Positions 40,401 to 50,614 of a stretch of 64,000 bases of DNA are shown in pieces. Origin of the DNA: Octopus bimaculoides (lineage: Eukaryota); NCBI RefSeq assembly GCF_001194135.2, contig NC_068998.1, positions 17,559,061-17,623,060 of the forward strand, given 5' to 3'. Position 1 is the first letter of the stretch; each line of letters opens with the position of its first letter. Under the pieces are notes generated by a model. The model ran no database searches and had not been told where the DNA came from. It saw only the letters and a list, made by a program, of their open reading frames with translations. The translations under genes were made by a program, and so were the position numbers.

Positions 40401-42428
40401 GAATTACAAGGTTATGAAGCAAACTTTTTAACCAAACATCAATATTTGTGTGTATTTGAAAAGCAGTTTCAGAACTCTGCTATGATACGATCTAAAGTAA
40501 TACTTTATTAAATCATCAAAAGAAAAATAATCAATGTTCTCTTTTATTCAATAAAAGAGAACCAATCTAAAACGGAATTAATTAAAAAATGTATTGTCCA
40601 TAATATATAATTTTGCATTCAAATTTCTTATAGGTAATAGTAAGTAATATCATTTCAAATTGAGTTTTCTTTTGCTCAAGAATTGATTTAATAAAAGATT
40701 ATTTTAATTGATATTACAGGGGAATTTTTTAACTACTTTTCAAATATTTCCATGTTTGAAAGCCAGAAATTAGATACAATAGTTAGCAATAATTGAGTGT
40801 GTGATTCTTTATCTTCACATTCTATGAAGTTAGAATGTTTATTTTACAGTATTTATATTTAATGTGGTTCGTAGATCAATTATCAAGTTCTGTTAGGTGT
40901 CACTTTTTTTTCCTTGATATCATGTCTGACAGAAAAAAAATTCTAAATTCCAGAAATATGTTAGTTAGTTCCATTCAAATTATAGTAATCTCATTTACTA
41001 AATTGTCACTGATTAAAAAATAACTTATGGCCTTTAAGTGATGTGGTGCTGCGGTATGATATTAATCAGCTACTGAAAACTATGAATTGTTTTTGTTTCA
41101 AGATGATTTCTTTTCTATAGGGGTTATGGTTTTGGGATTATATTACCATCCTGGTGGTCTTTGAGTTCAGATCTTGCTAATACACCCTTGATCAAAGCAT
41201 GAACCCCTTCTTGCTCTTCAATTTGACTAGTTGACAAGTAGGTTTCACTACAATTGGGTTGTATTCATGTATAAAAATAGTTGATATTGTGTAGGCATTC
41301 CAACTATGTTTGCATAAAGAACAATAAATGTAAAATACTTTATTTGATCAAACTACAATGGTTTCTATGGTCGATATCATGTAAAAATTGTACAATGACA
41401 TTTTCCATTGCAAAATTCTAATTTTTAGTTTTAAAAAATTGTTTATCTGAAGAAAAAAATGTTGCAAACTGAGTAAGGTAGCTACGAGATATTTTTTTTC
41501 TAAAGTTCACAATAGACATAAGGCTAATGAAAGGGCAAATGTGAATTATTTATTGAACTATGTCAAAAAGCAATTTACTTCGCTTGCTTGAATCTACCCA
41601 TTTTGTAGACATAACATAAGGTAATATAACGGTTATCATAATGAAATATAATGATGAAAGCAAATAATTTATATCCATCATAAAAACTGGATAGATACAT
41701 TTTCAAATTGACTACAGGTATCCCCACATTCTGGGAGCATTACACACCTGAAAATTTTGTCAGAACTTCATTGTTACATGAACGTCAATCCAAAACGTTG
41801 CTTTTGCATTGAGGAATACCATGTTATGGCAAGATTTATGTAGAAGGTGCATATATCTTTACATGTTGTATATAATGTACTTTTGAAATGTACAAAGGGG
41901 TACTGAAAAGTTCTTGGTTTTGGGTAAAAGAAAGTACAAGAGGATCAGTTAATTATCATTTTATTCACCATATTCTTCTCCCAGATTCACACACTTATTG
42001 CAACAGTCTTTCAGTTTTTCTAAACCCTGTGAAAGAACTTAGAATTCCCTTAATGCCAGGAACTTTTCAGCACCCCTTTGTAATTAGCAATTAATTGTTG
42101 ATTAAGTTTCATCAAGATATAATCTCTATATAAATATAAATTCAGAGGAACAAAGTGTTAAATGTTTGTTATATTCAAATGTTGCCATAGATTATGTTAT
42201 TTGAATATCTTGTTATTATACATACACATATGTATATTTATTTATGTTTCTGTATTTCAGCGTTTCCTTGGTACATTCCAGGAGTCTTCAAGACAATCCC
42301 GCTTAGACAATGGAAGGACGTACCATCGCGCTGAGCCTAGCGCCCCTCCGTATGTCTACATGGACGGAGATGCATTTCCCTTGGACCATTTACCATACAA
42401 GTCAGATCCAGACCTGAACCCATTGTGA
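10127..42428 (+). CDS. SLC6/NSS-family-like 12-TM membrane protein, highly divergent; 14 coding exons, 599 aa. join(10127-10226,11575-11709,16517-16685,17455-17508,18457-18628,22525-22686,25580-25686,29044-29168,30586-30698,34507-34659,35661-35757,36505-36578,39881-40051,42261-42428)
   Basis: Manual exon chaining: every intron is GT..AG, phases match at all 13 junctions, the total is 1800 nt with no internal stop, and it ends in TGA. SLC6 landmarks occur in the correct order: CIPPLFLQLKLG (cf. GIPLFFLELALG), FPIWKGVG (cf. PLFKGIG), LWGTCDNSWNTNYC (cf. LPWxxCxNxWNTxxC), SAYEFY..QITDGID (cf. SPAEEFF..ISxGI), TIPDF, LWFG, SGYPLIF (cf. SGPGLAF), AGPYF (cf. GGxYV). The family call is from motif recall. 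The 5'-most coding exon is the least certain part. Confidence 0.9.
11575..11709 (+). CDS. SLC6-like exon 2 (TM2: LSVIIHFIFLSVLCIPPLFLQLKLGGHLQKGIVGMLSTYFPIWK)
   Basis: ttttccatttcag acceptor, AAG|gtaagc donor, open in phase 1-1, IP.F.L.LG motif. Confidence 0.92.
11998..12376 (+). mobile_element. tRNA-derived SINE family A (full length, CpG-decayed)
   Basis: Head gtgactgtgtggtaa...ggttccaggttcagt, body gtggatttggtagacagaaactgaaagaagccc, tail gactaaaacaagtaaaag; homologous to the copies at 52924, 59663, 61593 and 63810. Confidence 0.9.
15100..15432 (+). mobile_element. SINE family A, degenerate copy
   Basis: Recognisable caccctgggcaagtgtct and gatagaataagtaccag segments. Confidence 0.7.
15691..16189. 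repeat. Long inverted repeat: arms 15691-15900 and 15979-16189 (~210 bp), 78-bp spacer; tRNA-headed SINE/Penelope-like unit
   Basis: The arms read directly as reverse complements with scattered mismatches (e.g. cgacggatatttgtcc / ggacaaatatccgtct; ggggttagtagccc / gggctactaacccc). The right unit has an A-box TGGTGTAGTGG and a B-box GAGTTCGATTCC. The spacer has three copies of a 16-bp unit (cccatggggtaatatg). Confidence 0.95.
16254..16312 (+). repeat. 59-nt near-identical copy of part of SLC6-like exon 5 (18470-18528)
   Basis: cagattactgatggtatcgatcatgttca(g/t)ggattcccgcattggagatt(g/c)acag(t/a)gac: three mismatches. Confidence 0.95.
16517..16685 (+). CDS. SLC6-like exon 3 (TM3 and start of EL2 with C-x8-C)
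   Basis: tttctgcag acceptor, AAG|gtaaga donor; encodes VGIAALVHLMLICIYQG...LWGTCDNSWNTNYCSPGVV; overlaps ORF 16459-16689. Confidence 0.93.
17455..17508 (+). CDS. SLC6-like exon 4 (54 nt, EL2: SITGLPEMTKRSAYEFY)
   Basis: tttgttgcag acceptor, AC|gttagt donor, phase 2-2; SAYEFY matches the SPAEEFF position of SLC6 EL2. Confidence 0.8.
18457..18628 (+). CDS. SLC6-like exon 5 (end of EL2 and TM4)
   Basis: Poly-T ccacag acceptor, TGG|gttagt donor; FEFWQITDGIDHVHGFPHW...VWLLVLLMVALGGRVFGW; overlaps ORF 18362-18682. Confidence 0.9.
22040..22372 (+). mobile_element. SINE family D with tRNA head and tgtgtccttgagcaagacacttta core (further copies at ~16775-17065, 53350-53690, 58945-59195)
   Basis: A-box tggcctagtggttaag, B-box-like ctgaattcaatacc, then gtgtccttgagcaagacactttatttcacattactccagtccactcagctg. 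Confidence 0.8.
22525..22686 (+). CDS. SLC6-like exon 6 (TM5 and EL3)
   Basis: tttactttcag acceptor, ACA|gtaagt donor, phase 0-0; ILAVVTPIAISCTLVVLGYGL...IFTIPDFKL. Confidence 0.9.
23373..25280 (+). mobile_element. 5'-truncated, decayed Tx1/L1-clade non-LTR retrotransposon (RT and C-terminal zinc-knuckle region, 3' UTR)
   Basis: VKVLVKKL..QTCSIPKRSIHHNL..INLDQLKAFDRVNH (RT), later HADV at the YADD position, CPRC near 24608, AATAAA at 25251 and an (ATT)n tail. Many stops and frameshifts. Confidence 0.9.
25580..25686 (+). CDS. SLC6-like exon 7 (TM6: KCMSSFVHIQMALPLWFGIAPTMGKMTGFGKIHKN)
   Basis: Poly-T ccag acceptor, GT|gtaagt donor, phase 0-2; HIQMALPLWFG aligns to the canonical QIFFSLGPGFG. 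Confidence 0.88.
29044..29168 (+). CDS. SLC6-like exon 8 (TM7)
   Basis: tattatag acceptor; the donor TG|gtgtgt is weak but its phase 1 is required by exon 9; TWLLMILMYGVFWMLPTLTMAPYLGNL; overlaps ORF 28946-29176. Confidence 0.85.
30006..30277. mobile_element. hAT-type MITE, same family as 52555-52850
   Basis: Termini (t)aggggttctcaacc / ggttgagaaccactg with ggacccc subterminal motifs; no clear TSD. Confidence 0.7.
30586..30698 (+). CDS. SLC6-like exon 9 (EL4 and TM8)
   Basis: ctaattacag acceptor, CTG|gtaagc donor; GYPLIFDTMATAFSYLRIPPAYALLFYLSIFLYHVLFL. Confidence 0.9.
33455..33730 (+). mobile_element. SINE family C ending in (GAT)n (same orientation at ~27860-28030, 36895-36962, 51700-51970; opposite at ~10340-10610, 38925-39120, 48190-48400)
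   Basis: Shared 3' end ccaacccatgc.agcatggaa...ggacgttaaacgatgatgatg. Confidence 0.8.
34507..34659 (+). CDS. SLC6-like exon 10 (end of TM8, IL4, TM9)
   Basis: tttctgtttcag acceptor, AAT|gtgagt donor, phase 0-0; inside ORF 34474-34716. Confidence 0.9.
35661..35757 (+). CDS. SLC6-like exon 11 (TM10: AGPYFNTLMTVSLERLVFLVVVLTFIGLIVVY)
   Basis: gatgtttag acceptor, ATG|gtaagt donor, phase 0-1. Confidence 0.9.
36505..36578 (+). CDS. SLC6-like exon 12 (IL5 and TM11 start: KQNFSLAERIMMGVWFALSCLATA)
   Basis: ttctttctgtacag acceptor, GCT|gtgagt donor, phase 1-0. Confidence 0.88.
37307..37374 (-). other. Candidate antisense exon (68 nt) inside SLC6-like intron 12
   Basis: Minus strand reads atacctttctcttcag|CCCCGAAAAG...ATCTTTG|gtaagtac, with near-consensus acceptor and donor. 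One open frame (PEKQRFMFCESVSYTSGNIVIF). Confidence 0.5.
37441..38700. promoter_or_regulatory. CpG-enriched patch inside a CpG-depleted gene body; candidate antisense or internal promoter
   Basis: Manual count gives about 40 CpG in ~1.25 kb versus about 4 in 12421-14300. A minus-strand donor AAAG|gtatgt lies at 37674/37673. Confidence 0.45.
38380..38620 (+). mobile_element. Penelope-like element terminal remnant with a minimal hammerhead-like motif (related remnants at ~16313-16395, 32500-32782, 60860-61021)
   Basis: tcgacga-a-GAGC-tcc-GCTC-gaaac-gtc at 38516-38542 matches the CUGANGA/stem II/GAAA/GUC layout of PLE-associated hammerheads, with changes at core positions 3-4. Confidence 0.55.
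39881..40051 (+). CDS. SLC6-like exon 13 (TM11 end, EL6, TM12)
   Basis: ttttcctcag acceptor, CAG|gtacat donor; GIWVYKFV...YSETWETISWIVSGVPFVFVLVGAIHAIMVGRGPCCQ (cf. YPxWAxxIGW). Confidence 0.92.
41891..42082. mobile_element. mariner-derived MITE, TA-flanked
   Basis: TIRs tacaaaggggtactgaaaagttc / gaacttttcagcacccctttgta. Confidence 0.85.
42261..42428 (+). CDS. SLC6-like exon 14 (cytoplasmic C-terminal tail, stop codon)
   Basis: tgtatttcag acceptor, 55 codons then TGA; the 3' part of ORF 42162-42428. Confidence 0.88.
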   Translation, partial: RFLGTFQESSRQSRLDNGRTYHRAEPSAPPYVYMDGDAFPLDHLPYKSDPDLNPL

Positions 42429-43700
42429 AGGAGAGCTTATATTTAAATTCCAGTTTTTTTTTTTTTTACATCTGGATGTTGACTATTTTCCCTTTCTTCT
42501 TCACAAATTGCTGCTATTTAACATGACAACAACACCAGCAATGATAGTAATAATTATCATTATTATTATTATTATTATAATATATTACTATTATTATTAT
42601 TATTATTATTATTATTATCATCATCATCATCATCATCATTTCTCCCCTATTTCTTGTTGATGTTGTTGCCATGAAAAATCTACACTGGAGTCTACACCAG
42701 AAATCAAAAAAAAAAAAAAAGAAAGAAAAGAAAAGGAAACCCTAATATGTTCCTATATTCAACTCACTTCATTGATACTGAATATGTTTTCAACTTGCAA
42801 ATACTCATATTTTTCCACCACTTGTCTCTGTATTCATGAAAGAATTCATTGGATCATGTTTATATGATCCTGGTTCAAAGATGACTTAAACAGGGAATTT
42901 TTTTTTTAATTCTAAATGTTTTTTTCTTTCTTTTTGTGTTTTTTTAAATTTTTTTTTTAAGTTTTATTTTTTTAGTTCTGTTGTTCTGTTTCTGGGACCT
43001 GTTAGCTGGATAAGGCCTGTAGGACCACTTTTGGCAGTCTCTGAAAACTATGGCATTTACATTTACATAGTGTTATATTCAGTCTAGCGCCTCTTATTCC
43101 AGACAACAACACAATTACCACTTCTGTATTATTTCTTGCTTTCCAAAACTGTCCTAGTCTATCCCTACATTACTATGCACAAAATATATGTTATTTTGTA
43201 AGCCTCATTTCAAAAGGAAAAAAAAAAAAGAATAGCTAGGACAGAATCAGTTTAGACATTCATTGAAGTATTGTCTTCCAGTATCTTTGATAAAGCCTGT
43301 CCCACCTTTCACCACCATTACCACTTACCCACCCATCTACTTCAGTATAATAGGAAAACATCATCTGACTTACTGATAATATTTGGTCTTTTTTTTTTTT
43401 TGTTTATCCTGCTTTTTTTTATCCTTTACACCTACTGTTACATTTTATATTAAGTGTTATTGTTTTAACTTTTTTTTTTNNNNNNNNNNTTTTTTTTTTT
43501 TTTTTTTTTCTTTTAGTAATTATTGAAGTCAACTATTGACACTTTATGTTCATTTACTGCTGTTTGAAATGTATAACCACCCCCTCCCTCTCCTCTCTCT
43601 TTTTCCCCCCTCTCTCTCTCTCTCTTTCTCTTAAAAATCAACTATTTTTTGCTTAATTTTACACATTTTTCTATGGAAATAAATATTTTACAGAGGCTGC
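42429..43700 (+). other. Probable 3' UTR of the SLC6-like gene with candidate poly(A) signal AATAAA at 43678-43683
   Basis: U-rich sequence with an (ATT)n/(ATC)n tract after the stop codon; AATAAA seen directly. The true transcript end is unknown. Confidence 0.4.
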
Positions 43701-44930
43701 CTGAATATGTATGTATTTATGAGTACATATATTACATACATTGAAACATACATTTAACACATATACAAGAAAATATTTTCTCAACATTTCTGTAAATAAC
43801 TTGTAAGAAAAACTCCTTTCAGTAAACTAAATCAGAATTATCTTTTTTTTTTTTCTCTTTTCTTTTAATTTGTTTTAAGAAATATGACTTATAACTATTA
43901 CAAAACATCATCTGTTCACATACAACATACATATATATATATGCAAAATTGCACTATTGCATTTGTACATTAGTAATTCTAGATTTTATGTACTATGTGG
44001 GGAAAATCCACTCAGCTGCTAAAATCAATATCCTTAACTAAAAGTTTGAAACTGCTATATTCTTGAGACTTGAAGCATTGTAAGATTGGCAGCAACTACT
44101 GATAAACAAAAGATTGTAGTGATGGTCTCCTGTTAAAACTATAAAATCCTACCCAATTCCTTTTCTCTCAATGATTCCATGATGTATTTTCTTATAATTA
44201 ATCCCCATTGCAGATTTCCATTGAAAAAGGAAGCATTTATACCACCTTCTAATTTTGTTCTACCCTCCCCTACTCTTTTATTTCTACAAATCATCAGATG
44301 ATTAAATCCTCAACATTACACTTCATGATAATCTTTGTTCTTTGTTGTTATTTGCTGCAATATCTTAATCTATTAGAATAATAATAATAATAATGTGAGC
44401 CACCTGATAATCTGTGATCAGCTCCAAGATGTGATGAGATTTACTGTCTTCTGTAATAGTTTAACTTTCTGTTGACATTTCCTTTATCTTCTGTTCTTAT
44501 TTTGGTTTGTATGCATTTATTTTCCTTGCACCAAACCAACATTGCTTTGTCATTACCAAATGTTCCAACTGAATACAACTGCAATCCCAACCTACCAATG
44601 CCGATAATGGATGGATAATTTCTTGTGAACTTTTCTACATTGTTACAACTCTTCTTTGTACAGCCTATACCATATTATCACTCTGTAACATACCACCACA
44701 ATGTATGTTTGTATGTATGTATGTAACAATTACATTGTTATAGCTTACTATCACAGGTCACCTTCGGGAGTTACCTATGGATATTTTTTTAAATTTTCAG
44801 ACAATCTATATTCATTTATAAACAATAGTTTGACTGATTGCAATCTGGGATTCTTTGCAAAAGATGCCTACAAGCCTAGCTGAGCCATATCAGTGACCAA
44901 GTAGATAATGCAAGACAGAGAGAGAAGGAA

Positions 44931-44967
<37 letters not shown>

Positions 44968-45975
44968 TTCATAGACAACTTCTACTATGTAGCAACTTTG
45001 TTCATGTGACATTCATGAATTAATTTCCTTTTCTTCTGCTAGAAATTTATTTAAGTTTGATATATCAGCAAATATAAGAGATACTTTTTGACTAGTGTGT
45101 CATTAAGGTTAATGACATTTCTTCTGCAATATCAAAATTTAAGCTAATTTCAACCAGTCAAAACCATTGTAATTCTCATGTCATACACACCACATAGGAT
45201 AGGGCACTGTTTGCTTTCATTTTTCAGAATATATTGATACATTCACACACACTCACACACACATACAGTGTCTTGCTCTTGAAGATTTATGAAATATGTT
45301 TGAAATTTCAATAGTTACCAACTACGATGTTGGTACTGTTGTAATGTGACTTTGTGGATATTCACCATTTCTAGAATATTTCTACATTTTAAAGAAAACA
45401 TTATCTATTCATTGGTTCATGTATGTGTGTGAAAGAGAGAGAGAGAGAGTTAGACAGATTGTTTATGTGTATACTTGTGTGTGTTTTAACATTTGTATGT
45501 GTATATACACACATGCTGTTATGCAAAGTATGCATACTGATATAAAAGACATTGAAAAAGTTAGTGAACTTTTACTGATTACCTGTGTACACTCACATAC
45601 GTTATGGCCAGAGCATTGCTACTGACCCTGGCTCACATAGGAAATTTAAAAAAATATATATATAAAAATAAACCTGATTGTTCAACCAGAAGTTTTAAAA
45701 CATTCTTTAATTCTTTGTGATTTCTATTCCTGAACCAAAATAAAATCTATTAAACATTTTACTTCCAGTGTTAACATCTGTTCAGAGCATTGATGACCAA
45801 GTTGATAGGTTATTGAACAACCACTCAAGAGGCTGGCTGTTCGCATCTCATCACAGGCATGGTGTTATCTTGGTACTGGGTTGCTGAAACTGTTTACTCT
45901 TAAATGAACCAAGAGAGAGAACCAGAGCCACAATATAGTCATTCACCTGCTAGACAGTAACCAAATCTTCCTTAA

Positions 45976-46203
45976 CCCTTTAGCATTCAGATTACTCTGT
46001 CAAACGTAAGGTTTATTTACTCACATTGGTGAGTAATCACATATTAATCACATATTTTCTTGTAGTTTTGAGATTTCAGTGATGTGAATGTTTATTTTTA
46101 GAGTGATATTGTAGGGTAGTTGTGAGAGGCTGGGTGTGGCTTGTCTGAATATAAAACTAGTAGAATATTTGGGCTGGATATGGCTGGCTTAAATGTTAAA
46201 GGA
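45976..46203. mobile_element. TTAA-flanked (piggyBac-type) MITE
   Basis: TTAA at 45972-45975 and 46204-46207; termini ccctttagcatt / aatgttaaagga. Confidence 0.6.
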
Positions 46204-47270
46204 TTAAATCAGAGCCTTCCATCTTAAATAATGGACAAATTAGATGATGTAATCTAAAGCATACTCCAAGAAAGAGAGGATGACTTGTCATTGGTTTCCT
46301 CAAGTTTGACTTGAAGCTAAACACCCTTAACTTACTCTCTAACTCAAACACTTGTATAAAAGAATATTCTACTCATGTATCGTATCTCTTATGATGTATT
46401 AAGGTTTAATGTTTCTATAGATGAAAGTCGCTTTCCATTAGTCAATTACACTGTATAACATGGTTTTTGTCCTTGGGTAGCAACTGTTATTTCCTATTTG
46501 CTTACTCCTAGAAAGCACAACAAATGGCTAATATTTCCTTCAAACTTTGCTTTTGTTATATTTATTCAAACCCCAAAGAATCCCTCTCAACACATGACTA
46601 TGATGCTCCCCCATTAATCCTGCTCATGATCAGAGATACACATATTGTCAGCCACTAAGGGACATGCTCAAGTGTTTATTGTCAAGCAAATCTGTGGTAT
46701 TGAGCAGAATATTTGCTATAGTGATATTTCTTATTCAGCAACACAGTGCTAAATCTGTCTGAAATGTAATGAAAAATAGGTCAGTTTCAAAACATATCCA
46801 GAAAGAAATAGAAGTAATTTCCTTTGAAATAACACTTCAAAGACGAAAAACAAAAAATAGAACAAAGATTAAAATTTACTTACATAATGTTATTTTGTGA
46901 AACTCTCCCAGCTTCCACCAGTTTCTTTTAGCCACTTCATCTTGAATTTAGGACTTTGACCAGGTTTGCTCACTCTTAGTTTTAATCAAAGACTTCTTTA
47001 TCCACAATCCCTCCAGGAAATCTCACTTCACTTACAATATCTCAGCTGTTGCTAGAACAAGTACGACAACTACTTTCTGTACATTAACCATTTGAAACTC
47101 CTTATAATCTGCATTAATCTATGAGCAGGAACTTCAAACTCCTGTGGCTGCCAGACTAGTCTACTACTACCTTGCACAGTACAGTGTTAGTAAACGTGTA
47201 TCATTTGTACTAATGTACTAGTACTTGTATTTCATTTCACTACTTAAGTAAATTTAATATTTGTTTAACA

Positions 47271-47490
47271 TACAAGGGGGTGCTGAAAAGTTCCTGGCTT
47301 TGGGTGAGAGAAACTACAGGGGGATCAATTAATTCCCATTTTATCCAGCATATTCCCCTCTCAGATTCACACACTTATTGCAGCAGCCCTTCAGTTTTTC
47401 TAAGCCCTGTAAAAGGACTCAGAAAGTTAGGCCTTCAACCAGGCTTTTTGTGATACCTTTAAAGCCAGGAACTTTCCAGCTCGCCTCGTA
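47271..47490. mobile_element. mariner-derived MITE, second copy
   Basis: TIRs tacaagggggtgctgaaaagttcctggcttt / aaagccaggaactttccagctcgcctcgta; the interior is similar to 41891-42082. Confidence 0.85.
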
Positions 47491-48446
47491 AGGTGAGAAG
47501 CTGGTAGAATTGTTAGCATGCTAGACAAAATGCTTAGAAGCATTTCTTCCATCTTTACGTTCTGAGTTCAAATGCGACCAAGGTCAACTTTGCCTTTCAT
47601 CCTTTCAGGGTCAATAATATAAGCAGCAGTTGAGCTCTGGGATCAATATTATCAACTTACCCCTCCCCTAGAACTTGCTGGCCTTGTTCCAAAATTTGAA
47701 ACCAATATTTGTTAGACTTAGAGGTGACTACCCCTGGTTCAGAAAAGACAGTAATTCGGAAAATGCTCAGTACCAAAGATTCTGGAAAATTGATGTTGTA
47801 CCTGTACGCTGAAACATCTTTTACTAGTTTCAGTCATTAGAGTGCATCATGCTGGAGCATTGCCTTGAAAGGTTTACTTAAACAAATTGATCCCAGTACT
47901 TATTTTTTTTTAAAGTCTGGTGCTTATTCTATCCAGGTCCTTTTGCTGAACCACTAAATTACAAAGATGTAAACAAACCAACACTGGTTGCCAAGCAGTG
48001 GTGGGTCACAAAGATACACACACAGACATGCATATATACATACACATACACATACACCAGGCTTTTATCATTTTTCATCTATTTCCACTATCTAAAAATA
48101 TATCGCTGATGGTATGGAAGTTCTACAAGAAGATGCTATGCCTAACTTTTGTTAGGAAAGCAAAAGACATTTATTTTCACCTGCAATTATAATCATCATT
48201 GTTTTAATGCCCACTTTTCCATTCTTGCATGGATTGGATGGAATTCATTGAAGCAGATTTTCTTTGACCAGATTCCCTTTCTGTTGCCAACCTTCATCTG
48301 TTTCCAAGCATAGTAATATTTCTCCAAGGTTGGACAAATATTCACAGGAGACTAGAAATAAAGGACATTATTTGTATCATGGTAACTTAACAACTGTCAA
48401 GGTGAGGAAGCACAAACATGCACACATACATGTGCTCACTTGTTCA

Positions 48447-48620
48447 GACATGGCTGTGTGGTAAGTTTACTTCACAGTCACATGGTCCTGGGTTCAGTCA
48501 CACTGCTTGGTACCTTAGACAAGTGTCTTCTACTATAGCTTTGGGCTGACCAAAGCCTTCTGGGTGGATTTAGTAGATGGAAACTGAAAGAAGCCCATTG
48601 TGTGTGTGTATATATATATA
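48447..48620 (+). mobile_element. SINE family A 5' half (CpG-decayed)
   Basis: catggctgtgtggtaag...caagtgtcttctactatagctttgggctgaccaaagcc...agatggaaactgaaagaagccc. Confidence 0.85.
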
Positions 48621-49021
48621 TATATTATTAGGGATAAAAATTCAAATTTACAGATAAAAAATAAATTCAATTTATTAGAAATTAAAATTAAATTAAGTTT
48701 CACAGTATAAAATATAAATACATAGTTTTAGGGAAAAAAAACCAAGGTTCATGAACTCATCAACGAAAATCCACTGTCACATATAGAAAAATTAATAAGT
48801 AAAAGCACAATAAATAGGTATAATATAATACAAAGTAAATATCATAAAATAATGATAATAATGGAAAAACCTAGCATCATAATTTTGAAATACATATAAA
48901 ACTGTCAAAAGTTCGTTTATTTTGTCTTTTTGATTTATTATTAGTGTTGCTTAATATGTTTTGCTAAAATTGCTGTTTCTTTTCAGATATCATCAGAAAA
49001 AGGTAATTAAAATTCATTAAA

Positions 49022-49897
49022 ATGTCAGATCTATGGACTTTCAAACAAGTCAAATAGTTGGTGCTCGTATGGCAGGTGGTAGTGTAACGAAAGCAGCCGA
49101 AATCTTTGGTGTATCAAGAAGTACTGTCTCGAAAGTAATGACAGCCTTTGAGAAAGAAGGAAAAACCTCCTCGTTGAAACAAAACTCCGGAAGTAAACCA
49201 AAACTTTCAGATAGGGACCGTCAGACTCTTTCGCGAATTGTTAGAAAGGATCTCGAAAGTACCGCTCCCAGGATTACTTCAGGGCTTAGTGACCACCTCG
49301 AGAACCCAGTTTCCACAAAAACTGTTTGCCGGGAGCTGCACAAAGCTGGATTTCACGGGAGGGCTGCAATCAGAAAACCACTACCTTCAAATACAAATGT
49401 TGCAAAGTGTTTAGAATGGAGTAAAAACCTACAGAATTGGTCCTTAGAGCAGTGGAAGAATGTTATTTTCTCAGACGAGTCATCCTTTACCCTATTTCTA
49501 GCCACCGGCCAAGTATACGTGTGAAGACAGCCTAAAGAAGCATTTGACCCAGACTGCCTTCTTCCAACTGTTAAACATGGATGAGGATCTGTGATGATCT
49601 CAGGGGTTATATCTTGGAAATCTGCCAGCCCAATGGTTTCCTTTCATGGCAGAATTAATAGTCAAGACTATTTAAGCATTTTATCTGATTAAATTCATTC
49701 ACACAGCTAAAGTTATTAGTGAATGGCATGAGGAACATTCTAGAGAAGTTGAATATCTTATCTGGCCACCACAGTCCCCAGATCTCAGTATTATTGAAAA
49801 ATTATGGTGCATTTTAGAAAAACAAGTAAGGAGTCAATATCCTCCACCATCATCACTACAAGAACTGGAGACTGTTTTAGCTAAAGAATGGACAAAC
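49022..49897 (+). pseudogene. Tc1-family (DD34E) transposase pseudogene
   Basis: ORF 49033-49524 has HTH and homeo-like domains (GVSRSTVSKV, SGSKPKLSDRD, AAIRKP) and VIFSDESSF. Downstream frames give LLPTVKHG, HTAKVI and WPPQSPDLSIIEKLW. There is a frameshift at the start, internal stops, and the second catalytic Asp region (QxDNAP) is deleted. Confidence 0.95.
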
Positions 49898-50614
49898 CAC
49901 CAGGCAGTTTGTTCAATATTGTAAGGATTCTGTTATGGTATTTATACCATTAGGTAATGTTAAACCAATGATTACTGACTACACATTCTATGTAATGTTG
50001 GATGCATTATCCTCACCCTTTAAAAAAGTAAAATGACCTAACAAAAGATGGTCACTCAGTCTGCTTGAAATAGCAAATTACTTTCCATTTCCATTTCCAT
50101 CAGGTAATATTCATTAAAAGCCCTCTCTAGCTGGAGACAGTATAAAATGCACCCAATTCATATTGTAAATTTGTTGGTGACAGGACTGAAATCCTGTTTA
50201 TAAAAAAAAAAAAGGAAAAAAGCTATATGCAAAACAAAGATGTTCAGGTTTTCTGTTTCAATATGTGCTTGATGTGATTAAATATTGTGAGACCCATCCA
50301 ACCCATAGTTGGATACGGATAAAGATCTTTCCCAGGTCATGTACACCCAGAGGGCTGGTCTCCTGGTTTCTGTGGCTCATATATTTTCCCCACTGGATAG
50401 GACACTGTTCTGTCACAGGATTATTTCAATATTTATTTTTGTTTACAATGGCCAGTTCTTTTGGTCAAACTATCGTATCTCCAGCTGCTTCAGATGCCAA
50501 GATATCAAAAATTGTCAAAGTGTAGTACAATGTTTTGCTGTGGAATGGTGAAACTATTTTTCCATTTTCTGAAAAAGCAATGTTTTGAACTTAAACTACT
50601 TTTGCATAATAGCA

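Noticed and set aside
47030-47108. Minus-strand exon-like segment (YKEFQMVNVQKVVVVLVLATAEI) with a gtaagt donor
   Set aside because: The acceptor has no polypyrimidine tract and abuts a repeat end; it could not be linked to a coherent gene.
49033-49524. 163-aa ORF as a domesticated transposase DNA-binding protein
   Set aside because: The upstream frameshift, downstream stops and internal deletion fit ordinary Tc1 decay, and there is no sign of selection.
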